Below the pieces are notes generated by a model. The model did no database searches, had not been told where the DNA came from, and saw nothing but the letters and a program-made list of their open reading frames with translations. This document shows, piece after piece, positions 49,304 to 56,371 of a stretch of DNA of 64,000 nt. The stretch comes from Podarcis gaigeae (lineage: Eukaryota). Position numbers and translations under genes: made by a program. The stretch lies in assembly GCA_964106915.2 (NCBI GenBank), contig OZ066914.1; one strand, written 5' to 3'. How positions within the stretch are numbered: the stretch's first letter is position 1; each line of letters starts with the position of its first letter.

Positions 49304-52300
49304 TCTATAGTAATGGTCATCTAAGATGTTTATGGATGCCTTACCTTGTGCCAACCTTTCAAAGGCCATTTCCTCTTCTTCAGCATGAACCCTTCATGTT
49401 TGTCTGGCTTCTGGACATTGGTCTGCCCAATTTTGAGGCCTTCTATAATTTCCCAGCTGTCTGGCTCCTGAAGGAAAAAGAGTGGGGGGAAAACACCAAC
49501 AAATTCTGTGAGTTGAGATCAATATTATCTGAAACACTTGCACTGTGTTGGATGAGCAGTGGCAGATCTTGGGGTCTCAAATTTTACTGGTGCCCTGTGT
49601 GATGCCAACATCCAGTGCCCTGTTGGTAAATTGCCAAAACAAACTTCAAACGAATCTTTAAACAGGGCCTTGAAGCACATCCTTGAGGCACGCCTAAAAC
49701 ATCAACTTAGCAACAAGAATTCTCCCCAGCAACAGATGTTTGGAGAGATGCAGTTGAGTGTGAGGCAGTCAAGGGTTGGTCATTGAGGCTGCCAGAATAT
49801 ATGAAAGTCTGTGAACCTGTCTCTCTGACCCGATAGCTGAAGGGAGCAGAGATCTGTATATAGTTCTGTTTCTTATTTTATATGTAAACCAGTAGCGTTG
49901 TGCAACTTCTAATGCAGATAATAAAGACTTTAGAGAAGAACTGCATGGGTGAGGAGTTTATTCTTGTCACAGGAATTCACCAAGAGAGGGCTGGACTGCT
50001 GCTGCTGTGAAGACGCAGGAAGACTTTCTGAGTAAATCTGCTGAGACCCCAAGAGTTGGCGCTCACACACTAACATGCCCCCCACTCCATTCTAAATCTT
50101 AGTTGCAGCACCCCCAAGGCTGTGAGCCAAGTGTGACCATATCGGTCACATTCTCCTAAATCCACTTATGGTACGAGCCATATCTTCAAACCATTAAGGC
50201 TGCAAGCCAATGTTCATTTCTATAAAAGTAAGTCCCACTGAACTCAGTGAGACTTGACTTCTGAGGCCAGATACCCAGCACTGTGTCAAGACCCATCAGC
50301 GATGTTATTCTCTCCAACTCTGCAAAGGGAACTCTTTCAAATAAGAGTGCATGGATCAGATGGAGACAGAGCAGACTGGATGACTCAACTCTGGTGTCGT
50401 TTCATAAACGGTTCCGGTGTCATGCTGTTTTATAAATTACATGCCCTTTCTAGAAGCTCACAAGAAGGGAGAACAAGGGGTTAGTGTTGAAAGAACTTCT
50501 TTGAATGTGCCTGCAAAGTCACTTGGCTGTTCTCAAAAGGCTTCACTGACAAAATTAGCCCCAAGATGAACTCTTTTCTCACGAGAACCAAAGGGTAAAA
50601 GCGTGGTTTTCTTCTTTAAAAAGAACATCATAATCTAATCTGCTAAAAAGCAGTTCTTTCATGAGGTTTGTTGGTCACATTCACACCATTCATTTAAAGC
50701 ACATTTATAACACTTTAACAGTCATTACTCCCCCGCCAACCCTGGAAACTTTTACCCCGCAGTTTACCCCACAGAGAGAGAGCGCTATAATTCCCAGCAC
50801 CCTTAACAAACTATAGTTCCTAGGATTCTGTGAAGGAGGCCATGTGTGGTAGGGAAGCACACAGAAGCTGCTGCCACAAGTTTGTGGCTGAGCACAAGTC
50901 ACACAGGGTATTACTGCAAGCACTGGAACTGTCTTGTGGTCTTCAAGTGAAGGGTGATATACAAATTTCATAAATGAATATAAACTCATTGTGGAGGTAT
51001 CCTCAACCTTCTCAGATGCAGGACCCACTTTTAACCCAAACATGCATTTGGGGAACCATTTCTTAATCGTTTACCACATATTTTCATGGTAGTGCTCCTG
51101 TTGCAACACACCTTGAATCAGGTTCCAACCCACTAGTGGGATGCAAACCATGAGTTCTGAAGACCAGAGAGCCAGTCCATGGGAATAGTGTTGTTTGGAG
51201 TTTTGGCGACAGCCATATCATAACATAGGTACTGTTCCTAAACTATCCTTCATTCTTTTAATTGTTACATATGACAAACCTTTTATTGTTACATACTTCA
51301 AAATAAAATCAAGGATTAAAAAATTGAAAGTGATCAATGAAGCAATCGAGAATTGATTAAAAGCTAACAATCTTCCATCCGTATATGTGATCAGTATTTA
51401 CAAAATTACAATGATTAGTTATGTAAGCAAACTAAACTGAACCAAGCCAATGTATTGAAAAAGTTTTGCGCACCAAATTCTAGGGCAGACACCGTGAACT
51501 TAACTTACTTTAGATACAGCTACTGGTTCATTTTCTAGCAACTGTTTGCCAAGTACCGGATCTGTGCTTCCAGAAGAAAAATTCCGCTCTAACACATGGC
51601 CACTCTAAAGCAAAAAGAAGAGGAGTCAATTCTAAGACACAGAAGGTATATTTTCTGCATACAAACCAGAGACCAAAGGCCGGCATAGTTTACAGAAGAA
51701 CACCCCATTCCTTGAAACTTACCAAATTTTCCTCCGCTGACCCTTATAATTCAGAAATTTCTACCCTTCTGTATTTTACACTTTAATACCACCTTACGTG
51801 CAAATGAATATTGGCAGTACCACATGTGTCTTGCTCTAAGATTAGCAATTTTTATCTATCTTTGGATAGGAGGGTGAGGTAGGAATTTGCTCAAACAAAT
51901 TTTAAAAACCCAGAAATGTCATAGAGAGTTGAGTTTAGCTGCACTGTTTCATCTAATACCTTTACATTCCGCTGCCCTTTCTTCTAGGGAAGAATTGGGA
52001 GCTTATCTCCCATCCTGCATGAGACAACACAGGGCTGGAGATAAGCCACTCTTCCTCATTTGGGGAAGCAGGGTTAATAAGCAGACATCTCTCATCCTCC
52101 TTCTGACCAAGGAGATGGGAGCAAAGCGTCCTTTGCTCCCACCCAGCTTCCTGTTTCATTGTGATTGCCCAATCCGCAACTGTCTTGCGGCTAGGCAAGT
52201 ACGGTTGAAACAGCCGCAACGAAGAGGCATGTATTCTGTCGCTAATCTCTTCCCTCCCCCACCCCGTTTCTGTAAGAGGAAATTACGTTCAGCAAATAAT

Positions 52301-53372
52301 ATGAGAATTAAAATTACAAGAAAGAAGAATTTCCTTCCTTGTAGTTTGCAAACAGAAGGGGAAATATAGGAGGGGAAAGTACATAACAAAGCCAACTGTT
52401 AAATTAACGGAAAAGCTGCATCTTGCAAGGTTCCTTAGCGTGGAAAATATATTTTGAATTTATTGTCTTGGAGCAGACTTATGCATACGAATGCACACAC
52501 TCAGTAGTTCAGTCCTACAATAAAGTTAACTCTGGGATCATCAGCAAGTCACCCATGGGCATTAAGGCACATCTGCCCAGGCCTTCTGCCCTCCCAATGA
52601 TTTATTTATCCCTGTTCCCCATTGGAGCTGCGAATTCCACCAACGTTAAAGAGATAAAACCCCAGATGAATGTAGCTGGTGGGGGAAGTCATGGGCAAGG
52701 TGAATTTGCAAGGGGAAATCAGTAGACCAGTCAAGCGTTTCTCTTTCTTTATGCTGCTCTCCGAAGAGTCTCCTCATCCTCCATTTGTTAGCAAACACGT
52801 GGATGTGGTCATGTATTGCCAACATAGGGAGGAATTCCATACGGCAGTCTTCTGATCATTCCATCAGTGCAATAATTATTTCACCATCCCCTTCCCTGGC
52901 CCACAACCAGCGTGCAATTCTCCCAACCCCTCTCAGAGCCAATTTTGGGGGCACAAAGGGGGGGACAGGAGCTTCCACTGCCAGGACTCATTAGTTGAGC
53001 CCCAGCCATTACATCTAGTTCTGCTCTAATAGTAGGTGTAAACAGACTTTCCTATGTACAGAAGCACACCTGGCATTCACCAAATCCCTGGCATATTTCT
53101 CTTTTCTTAAGCAGCAGCAGAAAACAGAAGATTACAGGGTCCGTAGGGGAGTTTTATTGATGTTACATAGAAAGCTTTTGTATGCTGACCTCCAAGCGTT
53201 GCTGTCACAATGAAGAAATTATAGTGAGATGGCATCTTAAATGCGAATAATTTAGCATTCTTTCACTTACCTGCCTGCTGTCCCGCTGGGAGGATGAAGA
53301 AGAAGAGGCACTTTTATGAGATGGTGTAGAGGTTTTGTGAGCAGGAGATATACCTTTCTCCTCTGAACTCAT
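7316..53372 (-). CDS. OSBPL6: Oxysterol-binding protein-related protein 6 (ORP6), spliced CDS span; 23 constitutive coding exons, 932 aa (957 aa with cassette exon)
   Basis: N-terminus [36 protein letters not shown] domain ([22 protein letters not shown]), FFAT EFFDAQE, ORD signature EQVSHHPP, C-terminus ...[19 protein letters not shown]. Exon lengths sum to 2799 nt with consistent phases. Confidence 0.97.
8235..8357 (-). CDS. OSBPL6: OSBPL6 coding exon 22 ([40 protein letters not shown])
   Basis: tgcag|G...AA|gtatgt, 123 nt. Confidence 0.95.
8991..9602 (-). mobile_element. Probable solo LTR nested in an older hAT-like element (~8860-9690)
   Basis: TG...CA ends and purine-skewed GC-rich body; TSD unclear. 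Confidence 0.45.
9802..9928 (-). CDS. OSBPL6: OSBPL6 coding exon 21 ([25 protein letters not shown]...[10 protein letters not shown]), ends in a GC donor
   Basis: tgcag|GC...CAAAG|gcaaga, 127 nt. Confidence 0.93.
10052..10483 (-). mobile_element. Solo LTR (TG...CA) with perfect 5-bp TSD tggtg
   Basis: tggtg|tgtaatgg ... ccctgaca|tggtg; GC-rich; strand assignment tentative. Confidence 0.8.
11066..11210 (+). mobile_element. SINE with tRNA-Ile-like head and CR1-derived tail
   Basis: gatagctcagttgg...gctgataac...ggttcaatccc + ttcctgcattgcagg...ccttccaactttacaattctat. Confidence 0.7.
11429..11669. mobile_element. Tigger/pogo-like MITE (TIR CAGTGGTACCTC, TA TSD)
   Basis: ta|caatggtacctcaggttac ... 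gtaacccgaggtaccactg|ta. Confidence 0.85.
12051..12186. mobile_element. Palindromic hAT-type MITE (same family)
   Basis: aggcttcctcaaac...gtttgaggaagcctg; imperfect TSD atctaaaa/atctagag. Confidence 0.85.
12309..12453 (-). CDS. OSBPL6: OSBPL6 coding exon 20 ([37 protein letters not shown]...IWRP)
   Basis: tttag|GTG...CCAG|gtatga, 145 nt. Confidence 0.96.
12939..13083 (-). CDS. OSBPL6: OSBPL6 coding exon 19 ([29 protein letters not shown]...KLTFIK)
   Basis: tgcag|G...AAG|gtaacg, 145 nt. Confidence 0.96.
13910..13953. repeat. (ATT)n microsatellite
   Basis: Seen directly. Confidence 0.95.
14811..14889 (-). CDS. OSBPL6: OSBPL6 coding exon 18 ([27 protein letters not shown])
   Basis: ttcag|AT...AA|gtaagc, 79 nt. 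Confidence 0.95.
15138..15201 (-). CDS. OSBPL6: OSBPL6 coding exon 17 ([21 protein letters not shown])
   Basis: ttcag|GTT...CAAG|gtatac, 64 nt; ORD fingerprint. Confidence 0.96.
15837..16114 (-). mobile_element. SINE with tRNA-Ile-like head and CR1 tail, interrupted by a hAT MITE
   Basis: Minus: ctggatagctcagttggttagagtgtggtgctgat... tail ...ttctatgattcta. Confidence 0.7.
15888..16023. mobile_element. Palindromic hAT-type MITE (same family)
   Basis: TSD atctagtt/atctagct. Confidence 0.85.
16401..16538 (-). CDS. OSBPL6: OSBPL6 coding exon 16 ([32 protein letters not shown]...FFSEQ)
   Basis: actag|GTC...CAG|gtaaaa, 138 nt; KPFNPxLGETYE motif. Confidence 0.96.
18214..18568 (-). mobile_element. 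Sauria SINE
   Basis: (ACCTTT)n tail on minus, GTTCGAATCCC B-box, CTAGCAGTTCGAAAGCAC core. Confidence 0.9.
18600..18817. mobile_element. Tigger/pogo-like MITE (TIR CAGTGGACCCTC, TA TSD)
   Basis: ta|cagtggaccctc ... gagggtccactg|ta. Confidence 0.85.
18895..19148 (-). CDS. OSBPL6: OSBPL6 coding exon 15 (ORD start: [31 protein letters not shown]...DPYERM)
   Basis: ccag|TA...ATG|gtagta, 254 nt. Confidence 0.96.
19662..19749 (-). CDS. OSBPL6: OSBPL6 coding exon 14 ([29 protein letters not shown])
   Basis: tttag|GCT...CAAT|gtatgc, 88 nt. Confidence 0.94.
20295..20536. mobile_element. Shorter copy of the same CCGTATTTTTCGCT MITE family
   Basis: Matching TIRs and subterminal sequence, TA flanks. 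Confidence 0.82.
20691..20758. repeat. (CT)n(CA)n compound microsatellite
   Basis: Seen directly. Confidence 0.95.
20828..21056 (-). mobile_element. tRNA-derived SINE (Squam3-like) with (CTT)n tail
   Basis: Minus-strand head GAGAGCCAGTGTGGTGTAGTGGTTAAGAG and an L2-like 3' end. Confidence 0.7.
21290..21652 (-). mobile_element. Sauria SINE, full length, with 17-bp TSD actgagctactaattta
   Basis: Head GGGACGCGGGTGGTGCTGTGGG; TSD at 21273-21289 and 21654-21670. Confidence 0.93.
22082..22437 (-). mobile_element. Sauria SINE, full length, TSD caaaagtt(t/c)ggta
   Basis: Head GGGACGCGGGTGGCGCTGTGGGTTAAACC, ACCTTT tail. Confidence 0.93.
22520..22657 (-). CDS. OSBPL6: OSBPL6 coding exon 13 containing the FFAT motif (EFFDAQE)
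   Basis: ttgcag|GCA...GAG|gttagg, 138 nt. Confidence 0.96.
23482..23869 (-). mobile_element. Sauria SINE, TSD tgtctttgtc
   Basis: Same head/core/tail as the other copies. Confidence 0.9.
23985..24122 (+). mobile_element. SINE with tRNA-Lys-like head and CR1 tail (related partial copies at 17680-17803 and 55143-55275)
   Basis: gatagctcagttggtagagtatgagggctcttaatctcagggtggtg...ccccacattgggcg + cccttccaactctacaattctatgattct. Confidence 0.72.
24701..24812. repeat. Diverged ~56-bp tandem duplication
   Basis: aaactgaact...ttggagctcagt..ggctaagggaggattggaaag x2. Confidence 0.85.
25050..25960 (+). mobile_element. Old degenerate CR1 LINE fragment
   Basis: Residual RT-like sequence (ttcaatgtcaataaatgtaaa, ggaaagggatcttggggt, tgagtacagttctggt). 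Confidence 0.7.
26429..26536 (-). CDS. OSBPL6: OSBPL6 coding exon 12 ([36 protein letters not shown])
   Basis: ttaag|GCT...GAG|gtaaga, 108 nt, symmetric phase 0. Confidence 0.94.
30336..30466 (-). CDS. OSBPL6: OSBPL6 coding exon 11 ([25 protein letters not shown]...LRQSLSQ)
   Basis: cccag|TA...CAG|gtatga, 131 nt. Confidence 0.95.
31403..31568 (-). CDS. OSBPL6: OSBPL6 coding exon 10 ([25 protein letters not shown]...EEFCLMAQK)
   Basis: tttag|GTT...AAAG|gtaatt, 166 nt. Confidence 0.95.
33029..33081. repeat. (GTT)n microsatellite
   Basis: Seen directly. Confidence 0.95.
35343..35669. mobile_element. Tigger/pogo-like MITE with internal CAAGACGAA and GCCGCTAA repeats
   Basis: ta|cagtggtgccccgcaagacgaa ... 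ttcgtcttgcgaggcaccgctg|ta. Confidence 0.87.
38026..38100 (-). CDS. OSBPL6: OSBPL6 alternative cassette exon ([25 protein letters not shown], 25 aa)
   Basis: Long pyrimidine tract + tcag|GAA...ACA|gtgagt, 75 nt phase 0/0. Resembles a 25-aa insert I recall from mammalian ORP6 isoforms. Confidence 0.85.
40990..41147. repeat. Perfect 79-bp tandem duplication
   Basis: acctacaaaaagctc...tcaagaaa repeated at 40990 and 41069. Confidence 0.95.
41240..41326 (-). CDS. OSBPL6: OSBPL6 coding exon 9 ([29 protein letters not shown])
   Basis: cgtag|GCT...CAG|gtactg, 87 nt, symmetric phase 0. Confidence 0.93.
41914..42017 (-). CDS. OSBPL6: OSBPL6 coding exon 8 ([35 protein letters not shown])
   Basis: gtcag|AC...CAG|gtaagc, 104 nt, phase 1/0. 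Confidence 0.95.
42121..42296. other. Assembly gap (176 N) covering the 3' junction of the PLE
   Basis: Run of n preceded by ...cagtata. Confidence 0.99.
42324..42370 (-). ncRNA. Minimal type-I hammerhead ribozyme motif (PLE pLTR), sense to OSBPL6
   Basis: Minus strand: gc-CUGAAGA-U-GACGAG(ugagac)CUCGUC-GAAAC-GUC-gc; 6-bp stem II, palindromic ACGU stem III; stem I has only ~2 bp. Confidence 0.7.
42347..44157 (-). CDS. Partial PLE RT-GIY-YIG endonuclease ORF (N-terminally truncated)
   Basis: From ORF 42347..44248; the first ~30 codons are antisense pLTR and the genuine RT sequence begins at ...[16 protein letters not shown]. Confidence 0.88.
44193..44239 (+). ncRNA. Second, identical hammerhead motif in the inverted pLTR
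   Basis: CTGAAGA 44200-44206, stem II 44208-44225, GAAAC 44226-44230, GTC 44231-44233. Confidence 0.7.
44320..44350. repeat. (TA)n microsatellite at the PLE junction
   Basis: Seen directly. Confidence 0.95.
45105..45240. mobile_element. Palindromic ~136-bp hAT-type MITE with perfect 8-bp TSD ggctagac
   Basis: Near-palindromic body; TSD at 45097-45104 and 45241-45248. Confidence 0.88.
45605..45998 (+). mobile_element. L2 LINE 3' end with (TTA)n tail
   Basis: Translates [14 protein letters not shown] / [22 protein letters not shown], a typical L2 ORF2 C-terminus. Confidence 0.82.
46072..46204 (-). CDS. OSBPL6: OSBPL6 coding exon 7 (VAQNNFPWQ...[13 protein letters not shown])
   Basis: tttag|GTC...GAAG|gtcagt, 133 nt, phase 0/1. 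Confidence 0.95.
46883..47053 (-). CDS. OSBPL6: OSBPL6 coding exon 6 ([31 protein letters not shown]...EAK)
   Basis: actag|GTA...AAG|gtataa, 171 nt; the preceding intron is only 78 nt. Confidence 0.95.
47132..47245 (-). CDS. OSBPL6: OSBPL6 coding exon 5 ([38 protein letters not shown])
   Basis: ttcag|ACT...AAA|gtaagg, 114 nt. Confidence 0.96.
47330..47681 (-). mobile_element. L2 LINE 3' end, same family, opposite orientation
   Basis: Reverse complement of the 45605-45998 copy; (AAT)n on plus. Confidence 0.85.
48159..48212 (-). CDS. OSBPL6: OSBPL6 coding exon 4 ([18 protein letters not shown])
   Basis: cgtag|CGC...GAT|gtaagt, 54 nt. Confidence 0.95.
48821..48856. repeat. (CT)n microsatellite
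   Basis: Seen directly. Confidence 0.95.
49246..49302. repeat. (AAC)n microsatellite
   Basis: Seen directly. Confidence 0.95.
49345..49467 (-). CDS. OSBPL6: OSBPL6 coding exon 3 ([41 protein letters not shown]), start of PH domain
   Basis: ttcag|GAG...AAG|gtaagg, 123 nt. Confidence 0.96.
51509..51604 (-). CDS. OSBPL6: OSBPL6 coding exon 2 ([32 protein letters not shown])
   Basis: ctttag|AGT...AAA|gtaagt, 96 nt, phase 0/0. Confidence 0.9.
53271..53372 (-). CDS. OSBPL6: OSBPL6 coding exon 1 (start codon), 34 aa; the exon extends 5' as UTR to an acceptor at 53540
   Basis: ATG at 53372-53370; ends CAG|GTAAGT; upstream acceptor tttcttcttgttaaag|. Confidence 0.95.
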
Positions 53373-53616
53373 TGCTGCAGCTAGATACTGGTGATCTCCT
53401 TTGACAATTAAGACCACGTCAATCTCTTTTCAGTCTTCCATACAGGGAGGGAGCCAAAATATTTTCAGCATTTTTTCTATTTCACAGAATGTCCATTACA
53501 CACAAAGGTAAGAGGAATTCAAAAGGCATCCAAGCCAGACCTTTAACAAGAAGAAAAAGAAGATGAAGAGATTGTATATGCTTACAATTAAATATTTATT
53601 TATCATATATAGAGAG

Positions 53617-53947
53617 AGGTAAAGGACCCCTGGACGGTTAAGTCCAGTCAAGGCCACAATGGGGTGCAGCACTCATCTCGCTTTCAGGCCGGGGGAGCTG
53701 GTGTTTGTCCACAGACAGCTTTCCAGGTCATGTGGCCAGCATGACTAAACCGCTTCTGGCACAACGGAACACCGTGACGGAAGCCAGAGCTCACGGAAAC
53801 GCCGTTTACCTTCCCACTGCTGTGGTACCTATTTATCTAATTGAACTGCTGTGCTTTCGAACTGCTAGGTTGGCAGGAACTGAGCCAGAGCAGCAGAGCT
53901 CACCTTGTTGCGGGGATTCGAACCGCCAACCTTCCAATCGGCAAGCT
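53617..53947 (-). mobile_element. Sauria SINE (5'-truncated)
   Basis: Core ggtcatgtggccagcatgactaaaccgcttctggc and cgaactgctaggttggcagg. Confidence 0.87.
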
Positions 53948-54452
53948 CAAGATATACTAGTATTCCTAGCTAAATTCAAATATAACATAAAGTGGGCAGA
54001 ATCCCCTCCTAGCAGGATTTTGTTTTGTTTTCATTTATTGAGCGATACACACACACACACACACTTGCTCAGTAAATGGGGGGCGGAATACTGCCGGGGG
54101 GGGCGGGAATCTGCCCACTCTATGTTATATCTGAATTTACCTAGGAATCTCTTAGGTCTTATCTACCAAACTATTAAAAAACACTAAAACCGGTGTGCGT
54201 AATGGGTAGGGAAAGCTGATTGTGAACCATTTCTGCTGCACAGTAAATTTGCACTTGAGAAACCAGGCAAGAGAGAACTGAGACCGTGTAATGAGGAATT
54301 GTGTTCTGCCATTCGTGAAAGTACTAGCTGGAAATCTTGCAGAGCAGAATGGAAATTGCCTCTGCCATAGAATTGCATTTGCTTTCACCAAAACTTATCC
54401 TTTAGAAAATATTTTATTGGCACCTCGTGGAAAAAAACAATCCAGCAAGCTT

Positions 54453-54558
54453 CTGATATTTCTCAGTGGATTTGCATCTTTATTTTTCATATAAACCATT
54501 TGCTTCACATTTTAGTTTATATGAAAAATAAAGATGCAAATCCACTGAGAAATATCAG
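54453..54558. repeat. Perfect 44-bp inverted repeat with 18-nt spacer
   Basis: 54453-54496 is the exact reverse complement of 54515-54558. Confidence 0.97.
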
Positions 54559-54739
54559 TTCTTATCCTGAGGCGCGCTTTCGCTAATGGAGCCTCCTGCT
54601 GCGTGCGTGCCCCTGGCGCACAATTTCCATTGACATCCTGGGGCAAAGTTTGTAACCAGGAGCACTTACTTCCAGGTTAGTGGAGTTCATAACCCGAAGC
54701 GTTTGTAACCAGAAGCATTCTTGGCCAGAGGTACCACTG
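54558..54739. mobile_element. Left-truncated copy of the 11429-11669 MITE family
   Basis: Shares ttcttaxcctgagg..gctaatgg..catcctggggca..gaggtaccactg|ta; left TIR absent. Confidence 0.8.
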
Positions 54740-56068
54740 TAGTGGCAGTTAGGAGAGGGTAGTTTTAAACCCTTCCTATGAGATGCTTTGAGAAATTAGC
54801 ATTGAAAGCCCAACAGACAATCAGAGTTGGCTGAAAAATAAAGCTCTCCAGATCTCCCCAAACCAGCAACTTTGTTCAAAAAGTAGTGGGTTGTGTTGTT
54901 GTTTTTCAGGGGCAGGTGTATGTGCAAAAACGACTCCCGAAGGTGGGCAAATTCTCAGAACTCCTGGGTGTTGGGGTAGCTAGCCATTAATGACAAGATG
55001 GCTGAGAGCCTCTCCTTTCCTCTCTCTTAAAAATAAAAGAAAGTTTCGCCACTTTTTCAAGTGGCAGCTAGGCTGCCAACATCAGCTTAAGAGGCATTTC
55101 CTTTTAATTTGGTGCAGAATGATCCATGGGAATTATGGCACATCATGAGATGAGGCTCTTAATCCCAGGGCTGTGGGTTCAAACGCCACATTGGGCAGAA
55201 AATTCCTGCATTCTAGGGGGTTGGACTAGATGACCCTTGTGGTCCCTTCCAAGTCTACAATTCTAGGATTCTATGAAACAGAGTGTTGTTTTCCATGATC
55301 CAAGCAAACTCCCTACCCTATCGAGTGCCAACTGTACTGTAGTCGCAATGCCCTGCAAGTATATAGGAAAATGCTGCATTGTCTTTACATAAGTCCATAA
55401 AAATGTGTGAGATTGTAGTCATAATGTATAATTATACCACCTAGCTAGCTAGGGCTGATGGGAGTTGTAGTCAACAACAGCTGGAGACCCAAATTTGGGA
55501 AACCCTGCTCTAAAATAAAATTTGTTATTTCAAGATGCACACGCCCTCTTGTTTTAGCATGAATTTAAAAATCAATTACAATATTCAAAACAGCTGCACC
55601 TTTAAAGGTTTGTCATATCACAACGAAAGAGTGAAATAATAAATTTATGATAGTTCACTGAGCTGCACTCAAGAGCTTATTCAAGAGATAGAAAGGAAAG
55701 GCTTTCAGGTATTTATGGCGAACAGAGGACATTAAAAAAAACTTGCCAACTAGACCTTGGGTAAATGGAAATCTAATGGGTTTTTGAAACATCTGAGCTC
55801 CCTTCAGTTGATTCATGTGGAAAAATTTATATTTATATTTAGCACTGGTCATGTGGATTTGTGTGTAAGATATATATAGAGAAAGAGATCTGACTCTTGG
55901 GTCTGTGCCCTGCACTTTTTATAAAGTGTGTCATTGCTAGATCCAAGCAAGGTAATAACCAACTGTTTCACAGAAAAGCAAGAGAAATAGGTTGCTAGGT
56001 TTGACTGGTGAACAACACTGTGTGTGGAAATAACTAAAACAAGGCAGCCCATGCAGTGTGGTGGATAG

Positions 56069-56371
56069 GGCCACATTCACATCATGAATTAAAAGCACTA
56101 AGATAATTCTGAGACCCGTAGTTAGTTAAGGGTTCTGAGGGTTTTTAGGGCACCTCGATTCTCCTCCCAAAGTTACAACCTCCAGAGTTCCCTGTGAAAA
56201 ATGATTAATTGTTAAACCGCTCTGCAGTTCTGTGAGGGGAATAGAAGTCTCCTAACAATTATCAGCACCCTTAACAAACTACAGTTCCCATAATTCTTGG
56301 GGGGGGGGGGGTAAGCCATGACTGCTTAAAATGGTATAAGAGCACTTCAAATGCATGGTGTGAATGTGGCC
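56069..56371. mobile_element. PIF/Harbinger-like MITE (TIR GGCCACATTCACA); related partial copy ~50673-50840
   Basis: tag|ggccacattcacatcatg ... catggtgtgaatgtggcc|tgg. Confidence 0.65.
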
